Below the pieces are notes generated by a model, which saw only the letters and a program-made list of their open reading frames with translations, had not been told where the DNA came from and did no database searches. From an uncultured Candidatus Rokubacteria bacterium (GTDB lineage Bacteria > Methylomirabilota > Methylomirabilia > Rokubacteriales > CSP1-6): 64,000 bases of DNA. A program made the position numbers and the translations under genes. Where the stretch lies: positions 736,001 to 800,000 of the forward strand of contig CAVVEU010000024.1 in assembly GCA_963747235.1 (NCBI GenBank), in the 5' to 3' direction. The stretch's first letter is position 1. Each line of letters starts with the position of its first letter. Shown here piece by piece: positions 50,042 through 61,381 of this stretch.

Positions 50042-52414
50042 CTACTCGGTGACGCCGTTCGTCGCGCAGGAGGCGCCAGACTTTGGGCGGCGTGATGGGA
50101 ATGTCCACGTGGCGGACGCCGAGATGCCAGAGGGCGTCGACGACCGCATTGGCGATGGCGGCCGGGGCGCCGACCGTGGCGGACTCACCGACACCCTTGG
50201 CGCCGAGGGGGTGATGCGGCGACGGCGTCACCGTGTGGCCGGTCTCCCACTTCGGCGTCTCCACCGCGGTGGGCACGAGGTAGTCGATGAAGCTGCCGCC
50301 CTGGATATTGCCGATCTCGTCGTAGGAGATCTCCTCGAAGAGCGCGGGCGCCAGCCCCATGGTGAGCCCGCCGTGCACCTGCCCCTGGACGATCATGGGG
50401 TTGATGATGTTGCCGCAGTCGTCGATGGCCACGAAGCGGCGCACCTTGACCTCGCCGGTGCCCTTGTCGATGTCCACCACGCAGATGTAGCTGCCGAACG
50501 GGTAGGTGAGATTCGGCGGGTCGTAGTAGCTGACCGCCTCGAGCCCGGCCTCCATCCCCTGCGGATGGTTGGTGTAGGCCGCGAAGGCGATCTCCTGGAT
50601 GGTCTTGGCGCGATCGGGCGCGCCCTTGACCGAGAACTTGCCCGGCTCCCAGACCAGGTCTTCCGGCGCGGCCTCGAGCAGGTGCGCGGCGATCTTGCGG
50701 GCCTTGTCCTGGATCTTGCGCGAGGCCATGGCGGCCGCCGCGCCCGCCACCGGCGTCGAGCGGCTCGCGTAGGTGCCGAGCCCGTAGGGCGCGGTGTCGG
50801 TGTCGCCCTCCTCGACCTTGATGTCCTTGGTCGGGATGCCGAGCTCCTCGGCCAGGATCTGGGCGTAGGTCGTCTCGTGCCCCTGACCCTGCGACTTGGT
50901 CCCGAAGCGGGCGATGGCCTTGCCGGTCGGGATGGATCCGGATCTCGCAGCTGTCGAACATCTTGAGCCCGAGGATGTCGAAGTGCTTGGACGGGCCGGC
51001 GCCGACGATCTCGGTGAAGCTCGAGATGCCGATGCCCATCAGCTCCCCGCGCTTGCGCTTCTCGGTCTGCTCGCGCCGCAGGTCGGCGTAGCCGATCGTG
51101 TCCATGGCCTTGTGCAGGGCGCCCGCGTAGTTGCCGCTGTCGTACTCCCAGCCGAGCGCCGACTTGTAGGGGAACTGCTCCGGCTTGATGAAGTTCTTCA
51201 TCCGGAATTCGGCCGGGTCCGTGCCGAGCTGGTGGGCCATGATGTCCACCATGCGCTCGATCGTGTGCACGGCCTCGGTGACGCGGAAGGAGCAGCGATA
51301 GGCGATGCCGCCGGGCGGCTTGTTGGTGTAGACGCCGTCGACCTCGACGTGCGCGGCCTTCAGGTCGTAGGACCCGGTGCAGACGTGGAAGAGCCCGGCC
51401 GGGAACTTGGACGGATTCGCGGCCGCGTCGGTGTAGCCGTGGTCGGCCAGCGTCTTGATCCGCAGCGCGGTGAGCGTCCCGTCCTTCTTGGCGGCCAGCT
51501 CCGCGGTGATGTGGTAGTCGCGCGCGAAGGAGTCCGCCTGGAGATTCTCCATGCGGTCCTCGATCCACTTCACCGGCTTGCCGGTGAGCACCGAGGCGGC
51601 CACCGCGATCACGTAGCCCGGGTAGACCGGCACCTTGCCCCCGAACCCGCCGCCGATGTCCGGGGAGATGATGCGGATCTTGTGCTCTTCGCAGCCCCAC
51701 GTGGCCGGCCACCAGCGCGAAGACCGTCCGGATCGCGTGGGGGGCCTGCGTGGTCATCCACACCGTGAGCTTGTCCTGGACCTTGTCGCAATGGGCGACG
51801 CAGCCGCACGTCTCGATGGAGGCCACGTGGATGCGCGGGATGTAGATGTCCTCCTTGACCGTCACGTCGGCCTCGGTGAAGGCGCGGTCGGTCTCGGCCC
51901 GGTTGCCCCACTCCCAGTGCCAGATGTGATTGTCCTTCTTGTCCTTCTTGTCGGTGCGGAGCACCGGCGCGCCCGGCTCCAGCGCCTTCTTCGGGTCCAC
52001 CACGACCGGCAGGGGCTCGTACTCGACCTCCACCGCGGCCACGCCGTCGGCGGCCGCGTAGCGGCTCGTGGCCAGCACCGCCGCCACCTCCTGAGCCTGG
52101 TACATGACCTTCTCGACCGGCAGCACCATCTGGGTGTCCGACATGAGGGTCGGCATCCAGTGCAGGTTGTACTTGGCGAGATCCTGGCCGGTGATCACCG
52201 CGAGCACGCCCGGGATGGCGAGCGCCTTCGTGCTGTCGATCTTCTTGATCTTGGCGTGGGCGAACGGGCTGCGCACGATGTCGAGGTAGAGCATGCCGGG
52301 CAGCACCACGTCGTCCACGTACGTGCCCTTGCCGCGGATGAAGCGCGGGTCTTCCTTGCGCTTGATGGAGTGCCCCATCCCACCGACTTCGGGCGATGTC
52401 CGGAGTGCCATCAT
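50042..52414 (-). CDS. coxL: Aerobic CO dehydrogenase large subunit, form I (indels near 51690, 50930, 50060)
   Basis: [18 protein letters not shown] active-site loop at 51283-51303, GAKGVGES. Confidence 0.9.
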
Positions 52415-52881
52415 GCGCCTCCCTGGAGCGTGACCGCCGCGTGCTGGACGGCCTTGACGATGTTGACGTAGCCGGTGCAGCGGCAGAGGTTGCCGGAGAT
52501 GGCCCGGCGGATGTCATCCTCGGTCGGCTTCGGATTCTTCTTGAGGAACGCCACGCTGGTCATCAGCATGCCCGGCGTGCAGTAGCCGCACTGCAGCCCA
52601 TGCTCGGCGATGAAGGCGTCCTGCACGGGATGGAGCTTGCCGTCCTGCTCGAGCCCCTCCACCGTGGTGATCTCGCGCCCGTGCGCCTGGACCGCGAACA
52701 TGGTGCAGGACTTGATCGGCCGGCCGTCGAGCAGCACCGTGCAGGCCCCGCAGTGGCTCGTGTCGCAGCCGATGTGGGTGCCGGTGAGCCGCAGGTTCTC
52801 CCGGATCAGGTGGACCAGGAGGAGCCGCGGCTCCACCTCCGCCTCGTGCTTCTCCCCGTTGATCGCGACCTTGACGAGCAT
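52411..52881 (-). CDS. coxS: CO dehydrogenase small [2Fe-2S] subunit
   Basis: [29 protein letters not shown]. Confidence 0.92.
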   Translation of the reverse strand: MLVKVAINGEKHEAEVEPRLLLVHLIRENLRLTGTHIGCDTSHCGACTVLLDGRPIKSCTMFAVQAHGREITTVEGLEQDGKLHPVQDAFIAEHGLQCGYCTPGMLMTSVAFLKKNPKPTEDDIRRAISGNLCRCTGYVNIVKAVQHAAVTLQGGA

Positions 52882-52885
52882 GGGC

Positions 52886-53762
52886 TCAGCCTCCTCTCTG
52901 CGCGCGCTCGATCGCCTTGCGAAGCGCGCGGCCGGTCAATACCCGCACCAGGTCCTTCTTGTACTCGACCGACCCGCGCAGGTCGGCTTCGGGCTGCGCC
53001 GCGTCCGCGGCGAGCTGGGCCACTTGCTTGATGGTTGCCTCGTCCGGCCGCTTGCCCCGGAGCGCGGCCTCGGCCTGCGTGGCCTTGATCGGGACCGAGC
53101 CCACGTTGGTGAGCCCGATGCCGACCTGCTCGCAGGTGCCGTTGGCGGCCAGCGTGAGCTGCACCGCTACCGCCGCGGTGGCGAAGTCGCCGACCTTGCG
53201 CTCCATCTTCACGTAGGCGCCGCCGCTGCCCGGCTTGGGCGCCGGCACCCGGATCTCCACCACGATCTCGTCCGGCTTGAGCGCGGTGGTGAGCGGCCCC
53301 GTGAAGAACGACGTGATCGGGATCTTCCGCTCGCCGCCCCCGCCGACCGCCACGATCTCGGCGCCGAAGGCCAGCATGGTCGCGGGATGGTCGTTGGCGG
53401 GGTCGCCGTGCGCGAGGTTGCCGCCGATCGTGGCCAGGTTGCGCACGATGGGATCGGCGATGACCTTGCAGGTGTCCGCGAGCAAGCGGGTAACGAGAGC
53501 GCACCAGGTCCGACTCCTCGAGATCCACCTCGCGGGTCAGCCCGCCGATGCGCAGCGCGCCGCCGTCCTCGCGCACGTAGGCGAGGCCGGGGAGGCCGTT
53601 GATGTCGATCAGATGTCGCGGCGAGGCGAGCCGGAGCTTCATCAGCGGGATGAGGCTCTGCCCTCCCGAGAGGATCTTGGCGTCGTCGCCGAGCCTGGCG
53701 AGCAGCGCGGTGGCCTCCCCGATCGAGCTGGGTGCGTGGTACTCAAATGTGCCCGGAATCAT
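52886..53762 (-). CDS. coxM: CO dehydrogenase FAD subunit (indel near 53490)
   Basis: [37 protein letters not shown]. Confidence 0.9.
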
Positions 53763-54253
53763 CGTGGTGACTCCCTTCTGGATCTGCCCGGCGCGGGAGC
53801 TCGCGAACGCGAGCCCGGCGCGCTTCAGGGCGACCCGGAGCGATTCCAGCGACAGCGCGGGCACGACACCGGCCTGGACGAGGTACTGCCGGAGCCTGGC
53901 CAGGCTCCACCGCGTCCCCGGGATGCCCAGATCCCGGGGCCGGGCGCTCACGACCATGGAGATGTGACGGAGTGCGTCGGACGAGATCCTGGCGGGCCGG
54001 CCGGCGCGCGGGCGATCCAGCAATCCGGCGATGCCCGATCGCTCGAACCGGCGCAGCCAGTGAGGTGACGGTGGGGCGGGAGAGGCCGAGGCGCCGGACG
54101 ATCTCCGGAATCGCGACCCGAGCCGCCGAGAGCAGGATCACGTCGGCGCGCGGGCGAGTTCCCGCGGGGCCCGCGTCCCGGAGCCGGATCAGCTCCGAGC
54201 GCTCGGCCGGGGTCGGCTGCCGGACGAACCGACTCGGGACGTCTGCCACCCAT
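53763..54253 (-). CDS. IS630-transposase-like HTH-only protein (no DDE domain; frameshifted)
   Basis: RADVILLSA..EIVRRLGLSRPTV../RRFERSGIAGLLDRPRAGRP...PRDLG....WSLARL..YL; strong SD; no catalytic domain before coxM. Confidence 0.65.
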
Positions 54254-54371
54254 CACCTCTCCCTTGAGGGATGCCGGGAGAATCATGCCAAAGGACTTTC
54301 CGGTTGCCCGCAAGTCCCTGACGGCCGGCACGGTACGACCGCGCCGCCGCCCGCTGTCAAGAGGCGGTGAG

Positions 54372-54951
54372 TTAGATCGGCTTGAGCGGCGGGCGCTCCC
54401 CGGCGGGCAGGGGATGGCGGTCCACGTTCAGCACCATCGAGACGATCGAGTAGTAGCCGGAGGCCGCGATCAGGTCGATGACGCCCTGCTCGCCGAAGCG
54501 GTCGACGGCGGCCTTGAACGTGGCGTCGGACACCGCCTTGTCGCGGAACAGCTCGGTGCAGAAGTCGTGGACGATCCGCTGGTCGTCGCTCATCGTGCGA
54601 CGGGCGGCGGCCCTCCGCGATCGCGTCGATGATCGCGTCGGGGAGGCCGGCGGTGCGCGCGAGCTGGCTGTGGGCCCAGAACTCGTACTGCGCGCCCCAG
54701 AAGCGGCCGGTGATCAGGATGGCCATCTCGTTGAGCGCGGCCGGGATCGTGGACTGGAAGCGGATGTACTCGCCGATCTTCTGCACGCGGTCGGCCACCT
54801 CGGGACTGCGCAGCAGCGCGTTGAAGGGCCCGCGGGCTCCCTTGCGCGGGCCCGACACGATGGCCTGGTAGCTCTCGCGCTGGCGCGGGGTCATGGTGGC
54901 GTCGGTGAGCAGCGCGAAGCGGCGGCCGTCGGTCGGGTTCTCGGGGGTCAT
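54372..54951 (-). CDS. Carboxymuconolactone decarboxylase family protein (indel near 54600)
   Basis: GPFNALLRSP, EMAILITGR...YEFWAH, GVIDLI...GYY. Confidence 0.8.
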
Positions 54952-55217
54952 CGGTATCTCCTTGCTCGTGAGTGAGTGGCGGCACAGCATACCGCGGCAC
55001 CCGCAGGTCTCTCAGGCACGCACCAGTACCCCTCAGTAACGAATACCGAGTCCGATCTATCCGACGTGCACCGGCCGCTGCTGGCGCGCGACCGATCAAG
55101 GGCCCCTGGACGCCCGGTTCATCTCGCTGCCGGGACTCTTTCCCGAGTCCGTTCCGACGGCACATCCCTTGCTCTGACTATTCCGCCCGCGAACGTCGGG
55201 CCAAAAGGAGAAGGACC

Positions 55218-55460
55218 ATGGGAATCATAGGCATGGATCATCTTTGGACTCATCGTGGGTCTCGTTGCCAAGTTCTTGATGCCGGGCCGTGACCCGGGTG
55301 GCTTCATCATCACGGCCGTCCTCGGCATCGTCGGCGCGGTCGTAGGCGGGTTCTTGGGGCGCGCCATCGGCTGGTACGGCCCGAGACGACCCGGTTGGGT
55401 TTGTCATGCGTCCGACGGATGGCGCTCCCGGTGCGACTTCCCGTGGCGTACCGCCTGCGG
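55218..55460 (+). pseudogene. GlsB/YeaQ/YmgE (transglycosylase-associated) membrane protein, frameshifted or degenerate
   Basis: SD AAGGAG; WIIFGLIVGLVAKFLMPGRDPGGFI...LGIVGAVVGGFLG, then loses similarity. End coordinate approximate. Confidence 0.6.
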
Positions 55461-55722
55461 CGCCCACGCCACGACCAGTCGGGCCCTGGACCCTCAGACC
55501 CACACGGTCTGCTTCCGCGACGAGCCGGCGCTCGACCGCGATCTTCGCCCCGGGAGCGAGACCGAGCTCCTAGCGAGGCCAGCCGGAGGGAGGCCTGACG
55601 TCGACGATGACCTGGTGCAATGGTGCATGCCCGGACCTGATCACGAATCGCCACGGCGACGAATCCGGGGCGAAGCGATGGCGGTGAGCGCCCGAGCTCG
55701 AGGAGTGCGTTAAGCTCTCCGG

Positions 55723-56493
55723 GTGGACCCTCGACTCGACGCCATGGTGGAGGCCGCCCGCGCGGGCGGCGCGACGGCGCTCGAGCACTACCGGCGGCAG
55801 GGGTTCTCGGTCTCGCTCAAGGCGGACCGGTCGCCGGTGACCGAGGCCGACCGCGCGGCCGAGGCCGCGATCCTCGACGTGCTGCGCGCCCGCTGTCCCG
55901 ATCACGGCGCGCTCGGCGAGGAGCTGGGCGAGTCGGGCCCGCGCGCGCGGCGCTTCATCGTGGACCCGATCGACGGCACCCGGAACTTCGTGCGCCGCAT
56001 CCCCACCTGGGCGGTGCTGATCGGGCTCGAGGAGGACGGCCAGGTGGTCGCGGGCGTGGTCTACCAGCCGGTCACCGGCACGCTCCACACCGCGTGGCGG
56101 GGGCAGGGCGCCTACCGCGACGGCGCGCGGATCCGCGTGTCCCCGGTGGACGCGCTCGAGCGCGCGCTGGTCGTGCACTCCTCGGTGAACTTCCTGCGGC
56201 GGAGCGCCTACTGGGACGGCTTCCTCCGCCTGGCCGATCGGACGCAGGTCCAGCGCGGCTTCGGCGACTTCTCGGCCTACCTCTGGGTGGCCGAGGGGCA
56301 GGGGGAGATCGCGCTCTCGACCACCGTGAAGGCGTGGGACGTGGCCGCGCTGAAGGTCGTCGTGGAGGAGGCGGGCGGCCGGCTCACCGATCTGGACGGC
56401 GGCGCGGGTATCTACGGCAGCACCGTCTTCGCCAGCAATGGCCTGCTGCACGACGCGGCGCTCGCCGCAATGCGAAAGGAGGAACGCGCGTGA
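55723..56493 (+). CDS. Inositol monophosphatase family (histidinol-phosphatase-like)
   Basis: PVTEAD, GEE, DPIDGT.NF, WDVAA..VVVEEAGG. Confidence 0.88.
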   Translation: MDPRLDAMVEAARAGGATALEHYRRQGFSVSLKADRSPVTEADRAAEAAILDVLRARCPDHGALGEELGESGPRARRFIVDPIDGTRNFVRRIPTWAVLIGLEEDGQVVAGVVYQPVTGTLHTAWRGQGAYRDGARIRVSPVDALERALVVHSSVNFLRRSAYWDGFLRLADRTQVQRGFGDFSAYLWVAEGQGEIALSTTVKAWDVAALKVVVEEAGGRLTDLDGGAGIYGSTVFASNGLLHDAALAAMRKEERA

Positions 56494-57332
56494 AGACGTT
56501 CCGGGATCGGGTCGCGGTGGTGACGGGTGCGGCGAGCGGGATCGGACTCGCGCTCGCCCAGCGCTTCGCCGCCGACGGCGCGAAGGTCGTCATGGCCGAC
56601 ATCGAGGCGTCGGCCCTCGAGACCGCGGCCGAGGGGCTGCGGCGGAAGGGCGCGCGGCTGCTGGTCTCGCGGGTGGACGTCTCGCGCTCCGAGGACGTGG
56701 AGCGGCTGGCCCGGGAGACCTACGACGCCTTCGGCGCGGCGCACGTGCTCTGCAACAACGCGGGCGTCGCGGTGATCGGCGCGGTGCACGAGCACACCCT
56801 GGCCGACTGGCAGTGGGTCATCAACGTGAACCTGTGGGGCGTCATCCACGGGGTCCGCGCGTTCCTGCCGCGCATGCTGGGCGGCGGCGACGAGGGGCAC
56901 ATCGTCAACACCGCGTCCATGGCCGGGCTCACCACCGCGCCGTTCATGTCGGTCTACGACGTCACCAAGCACGGCGTCGTGGCGCTGTCGGAGTCCATGT
57001 ACAAGGAGCTCCAGGTGACCGGCGCGCCGATCGGGGTGTCCGTGGTCTGCCCCGGGCTCATCGACACCAACATCATGCGGTCGTCCCGCAACCGGCCCGA
57101 GGATCTCGCCGAGGCGGGCAAGGCGGGCCCGATGGCCGAGGCGTTCGGGCAGGCACTGTCGGACCGGCTCGCGGACGGCTACCCACCGTCCGAGGTGGCC
57201 GAGCAGGTGGTCGAGGGCATCCGCGCGGGCCGCTTCTACATCGTGCCCGCCCAGCCGGAGGTGAAGAGCGCGATCGGGGTCCGCGCGCAGGACCTGATCG
57301 AGCTCAAGAACCCGACGCTGCGGCGGGGCTAG
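56490..57332 (+). CDS. Short-chain dehydrogenase/reductase
   Basis: TGAASGIG, NNAG, YDVTK catalytic motif. Confidence 0.92.
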   Translation: MKTFRDRVAVVTGAASGIGLALAQRFAADGAKVVMADIEASALETAAEGLRRKGARLLVSRVDVSRSEDVERLARETYDAFGAAHVLCNNAGVAVIGAVHEHTLADWQWVINVNLWGVIHGVRAFLPRMLGGGDEGHIVNTASMAGLTTAPFMSVYDVTKHGVVALSESMYKELQVTGAPIGVSVVCPGLIDTNIMRSSRNRPEDLAEAGKAGPMAEAFGQALSDRLADGYPPSEVAEQVVEGIRAGRFYIVPAQPEVKSAIGVRAQDLIELKNPTLRRG

Positions 57333-57336
57333 GGTC

Positions 57337-57736
57337 ATGATCGCCGGCCTCGACCATGTGGTCATCGTGGTGGCGCGACTTCGAGACCGCGCTGGCCTTC
57401 TACACCGGCGCGCTCGGCTGCGAGCCGCTCGGCGTGGACGAGTGGCGAGAGGGTCGGCGACGCTTTCCCTCGCTCCGCGCGGGGCGCACCATGATCAACG
57501 TCCACCAGGCGGGGCGCCCGGTGGGGCTGGATGCGGTCAACATGCAGGTCGGATCGGAGGACCTCTGCTTCGAATGGAGCGGCCCGATCGAGGGCGCGGT
57601 CGAGCGCCTCCGCGCGCACGGCGTGGCGATCGAGGTGGGGCCGGTCAAGCGCTTCGGGGCCCGCGGGCGCGAGGGGACCTCGGTCTACTTCCGCGACCCC
57701 GACGGCAACCTGCTGGAGCTCATGAGCTACGACTGA
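57337..57736 (+). CDS. VOC/glyoxalase family protein (indel near 57372)
   Basis: LDHVVI.., FYTGALG, SVYFRDPDGNLLEL. Confidence 0.85.
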
Positions 57737-57740
57737 CGCG

Positions 57741-58319
57741 TCAGGGGAGTACGTCGCGGACGCGGATGCTTGCGCTGGAGCACGCCAGCGGCGAAACGAA
57801 GGCCTCGTCCCGGAGCACCTCGACCGACCGGTAGCGCCAGCCGAACGGCGCGGCCGGATCCGCTTCGGGATCCCGATACACCTCGAGGGTCTGCTCCGCG
57901 AGATTCACGATCCAGTAGTCGGCGACGCCGGCGCGGGCGTAGAGGCTCCCCTTGTGGTCGCGGTCCAGCGCGAGGCTCGACTCGCTGATCTCCACGACGA
58001 GCACCGGGCGCGAGGGGTGCCCGGCCACGTAGTCACGGAAGCTTCCCGGCACGACGGCAACGTCGGGCTCCGGCTCTGATTCTTCGTCGAGCGCCAGGGG
58101 TCCTTGCCCGCGTATCTGCCACCCCCGGCCGAATGCCGTCCGCAGGGCTTCTTCCATGGCCTGGACCGCGGCGAAGTGCCGGCTTCCTTGCGGCTCCGCC
58201 ACGATGAGCTGACCGCCGACGAGCTCGACCGGATCGCCCGGCCGGAAGAAACCGGTCTCGATCAACCGCTCGTACTCGACCCGCCGCCACCGGTGCGTCT
58301 TGACGTTCACGTGAGCCAC
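57741..58319 (-). CDS. Uma2 (DUF820) family endonuclease-fold protein
   Basis: VELVGG, EPEPDVAVV, LVVEIS.SSL..D...K..LYARAGV.DYWIVNL. Confidence 0.88.
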   Translation of the reverse strand: MAHVNVKTHRWRRVEYERLIETGFFRPGDPVELVGGQLIVAEPQGSRHFAAVQAMEEALRTAFGRGWQIRGQGPLALDEESEPEPDVAVVPGSFRDYVAGHPSRPVLVVEISESSLALDRDHKGSLYARAGVADYWIVNLAEQTLEVYRDPEADPAAPFGWRYRSVEVLRDEAFVSPLACSSASIRVRDVLP

Positions 58320-58372
58320 TGGCGAGCGTAGCGATCTCGAGGGGGCGGGTCAATGTCCTCGGAGCGAGACAC

Positions 58373-58490
58373 TTGACACCCCTCCCATGACTTTAGTAAT
58401 AATGAATCGGAGTTTCATCATCAAGTAACTGGAGCCCAATCTTTAGTAATAATGAATCGAAGTTTCATCATTAAGTAACTGGAGCCCAGC
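58373..58490 (+). promoter_or_regulatory. Promoter with two tandem 50-bp palindromic operator units
   Basis: TTGACA 58373-78; units 58391-58440 and 58441-58490, each with TAATAATGAA-N7-TTCATCATYA. Confidence 0.8.
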
Positions 58491-58493
58491 GCG

Positions 58494-58975
58494 GTGCCCA
58501 CGCTCCTGACGCTCAAGATCAACGGGGAAGCGCGCGATGTCCTCGCGCCGGCGCACAAGACTCTGCTCGAGGTGCTGCGCGAGGAGCTGAACCTCACCGG
58601 CACCAAGCACGGCTGCGAGCTGGGCGAGTGCGGCACGTGCACCGTGCTGCTGGACGGCGAGCCCGTGCTCTCCTGCCTGGCGCTGCCCGTCGAGTGCCAG
58701 GGGCGCGAGATCAAGACCGTGGAGGGCATGGCCGAGGGCGGCCGGCTCCACCCGCTGCAGCAGGCCTTCGCGGAGCTGGGCGCCGCCCAGTGCGGCTACT
58801 GCACGCCCGGCATTCTCCTCACCGCCGAGGCCCTCCTGGTGGACATCCCCACCCCGACGCGCGACGAGATCAAGCACGCGCTCGCCGGCAATCTCTGCCG
58901 GTGCACGGGCTACACGAAGATCCTCGACGCCGTCGAGCTCGCCGCCCTGCGGATGAAGGCGGACTCAGCGCATGA
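58494..58975 (+). CDS. hcrC: 4-hydroxybenzoyl-CoA reductase-like gamma [2Fe-2S] subunit
   Basis: [29 protein letters not shown]; stop masked by an indel. Confidence 0.75.
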
Positions 58976-61381
58976 AGAAAGACCGGTTCTCGATCATCGG
59001 CCAGTCGCTGCCCAAGATCGACGCGTGGGCCAAGGTCATCGGCGAGACCAAGTTCGCCGACGACATGGTGATGTCGCGGATGGCCCACGGCAAGCTGCTG
59101 CGCAGCCCGCATCCGCACGCGCTCATCAAGCGCATCGACACGACGCGCGCCCGCGCGCTGCCCGGCGTCTACGCGGTGATCACCGGGCACGACCTGCCGC
59201 GCGTGAAGTTCGGCATCCTGCCGGTGTCGCAGGACGAGGAAGCGCTCTGCGTGGAGAAGGTGCGCATGGTCGGCGACGCGGTCGCGGCGGTGGCCGCGGT
59301 GGACGAGGAGACGGCCGAGCGCGCGACCGAGCTGATCGAGGTGGAGTACGAGCCGCTGCGCGCCCTCATGTCCATCGAGGATTCGCTGAAGCACCCGGAG
59401 GTGCGCATCCACGAGTACGGCGACCGGCCGAACGTGCACAAGGCGGTGTCGCTCCAGTTCGGCGACGTGGAGGCGGCGTTCGCGGCGGCCGACCTCGTCC
59501 GCGAGGACGTCTTCTACTTCGAGGGCAACACGCACCTGCCGATGGAGCAGCACTCGGCGCTGGCCCAGTGGGGCGCCGACGGCAAGCTCACGCTCTGGTC
59601 CTCGACCCAGACGCCCCACTACGTCCACCGGCTGCTCTCCAAGATCCTCGACGTGCCGCAGGCGCACATCCGCGTGGTGGCGGCGCCGGTGGGCGGCGGC
59701 TTCGGCGGCAAGCTCGACCCGTTCGCCCACGAGATCGCGGCGTGCAAGCTCTCCCAGCTCACCGGGCGGCCGGTCAAGTTCACGCTGACGCGCGAGGAGG
59801 TCTTCTACGTCCACCGCGGCCGGCATCCGGTGCTGATGTGGGTCAAGACCGGCTTCACGAAGGACGGCGCGATCACCGGCATGCACTTCCGCTCCTGGCT
59901 CGACGGCGGGCGCCTACGGCTCCTACGGCGTCGCCTCCACCTTCTATACCGGCGCGCTCCAGACCGTCACCTACAAGATCCCGGTCTACAAGTTCGAGGG
60001 CGCGCGCGTGTTCACCAACAAGCCGCCCTGCGGGCCCAAGCGCGGGCACGGGACGCCCCAGCCGCGCTTCGCGATGGAGTGCCAGATCGACAAGGCGGCC
60101 GAGCAGCTCGGCCTCGATCCGGCCGACATGCGGCGGCGCAACCTGGCCGAGCCGTTCGTGAAGACCGCGAACCACCTGACCGTGACCACCATCGGCCTCG
60201 GCGAGTGCATCGACCGCGTGGTGGAGGCCTCCGGCTGGCGGGAGAAGCGCGGGAACCTGCCCCCGGGCAAGGGGATCGGCATCGCGTGCTCGTCCTATCT
60301 CACCGGCGCGGGCACCGCGATCTACTGGAACGACATGCCGCACTCCGGCGTGGTCGTCCGCGCCGATCGCAGCGGGCTCGTGGCGGTGCTCTGCGGCGCC
60401 ACCGACATCGGCCAGGGCTCGGACTCGATCCTGGCCTATCTGGTGGCGGAGGTGCTGGGCATCGAGCCCAAGGACATCCGCGTGCATCCGGCCGACACCG
60501 ACCTCACGCCGGTGGATCTGGGCTCCTACTCCTCGCGCGTGACGCTGATGGCGGGCAACGCGGCGATCCAGGCCGCCGAGCGGCTGCGCGAGAAGATCTT
60601 CGCGGCCGTCGCGCGGAAGCTCGAGGTGCCGGCCGAGCGGCTCGCGGTCGGCGAGCGCCGCGTGTTCGTGCAGGACGATCCCGAGCACGGCGTCTCGTTC
60701 GCGGAGGCGGTGGTGCTGGCCGAGAGCATGTGGGGCGTGCTCGCCTTCCCGGGCTCCTACGCGCCGCCCAAGCGCGCGGGCAAGTACAAGGGCGGCGGCG
60801 TCGGGCCCTCGCCCTGCTACTCCTACTCGGCCTGCGTGGTCGAGGTGGACGTGGACGCCAGACCGGCGAGGTCACGCCGACCGAGGTGTGGATCGCCCAC
60901 GACGTCGGCCGGGCGCTCAATCCGCTGCTCGTGGAGGGCCAGGTCGAGGGCTCGATCTACATGGGCCTGGGCGAGGTGCTGATGGAGGAGCAGGTCTTCC
61001 GCAAGGGCGTGCACAAGATCCCCTCGCTGCTCGAGTACAAGAGCCCGACCACGCTCGAGACGCCGGAGATCCACACCATCCTCGTGGAGACCGACGATCC
61101 GGAAGGGCCGTTCGGCGCCAAGGAGGCCGGGCAGGGGCCGCTCCTGCCGGTGATCCCGGCGGTGGCCAACGCGGTCTACGACGCGGTCGGCGTGCGCATC
61201 GACGAGACGCCGATCACGCCCGAGAAGGTGACGAAGGCGATGGACAGCAAGCGCCAGGGGAAGTCGGCGCGGCTCGGGCCCGACCGGCTGCCCGTGTTCA
61301 CGTTCCCGGAGCCCAAGATCGTCGAGTCGGCCTTCGGGCAGCCCGCGGAGAACATCGCCGTGAGGCCGTTCGGCGTCATGA
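58972..61381 (+). CDS. hcrA: 4-hydroxybenzoyl-CoA reductase-like alpha Mo subunit (indels near 59910, 60860, 61375)
   Basis: GGGFGGK, RGHG loop, DLGSYSSRVT, GPFGAKEAG. Confidence 0.72.

Noticed and set aside
54990-55720. Gene-poor stretch as a possible ncRNA
   Set aside because: No recognisable tRNA, riboswitch or strong stem; better explained by a promoter plus a decaying GlsB/YeaQ gene.
57741-58319. Uma2 nuclease as a defence system or mobiliser of the long-stem elements
   Set aside because: Solitary Uma2 genes are common, and this one has no adjacent element copy or partner genes.
58391-58490. CRISPR-like or iteron array
   Set aside because: Only two abutting units with no spacers and no cas or rep genes; the position fits an operator.
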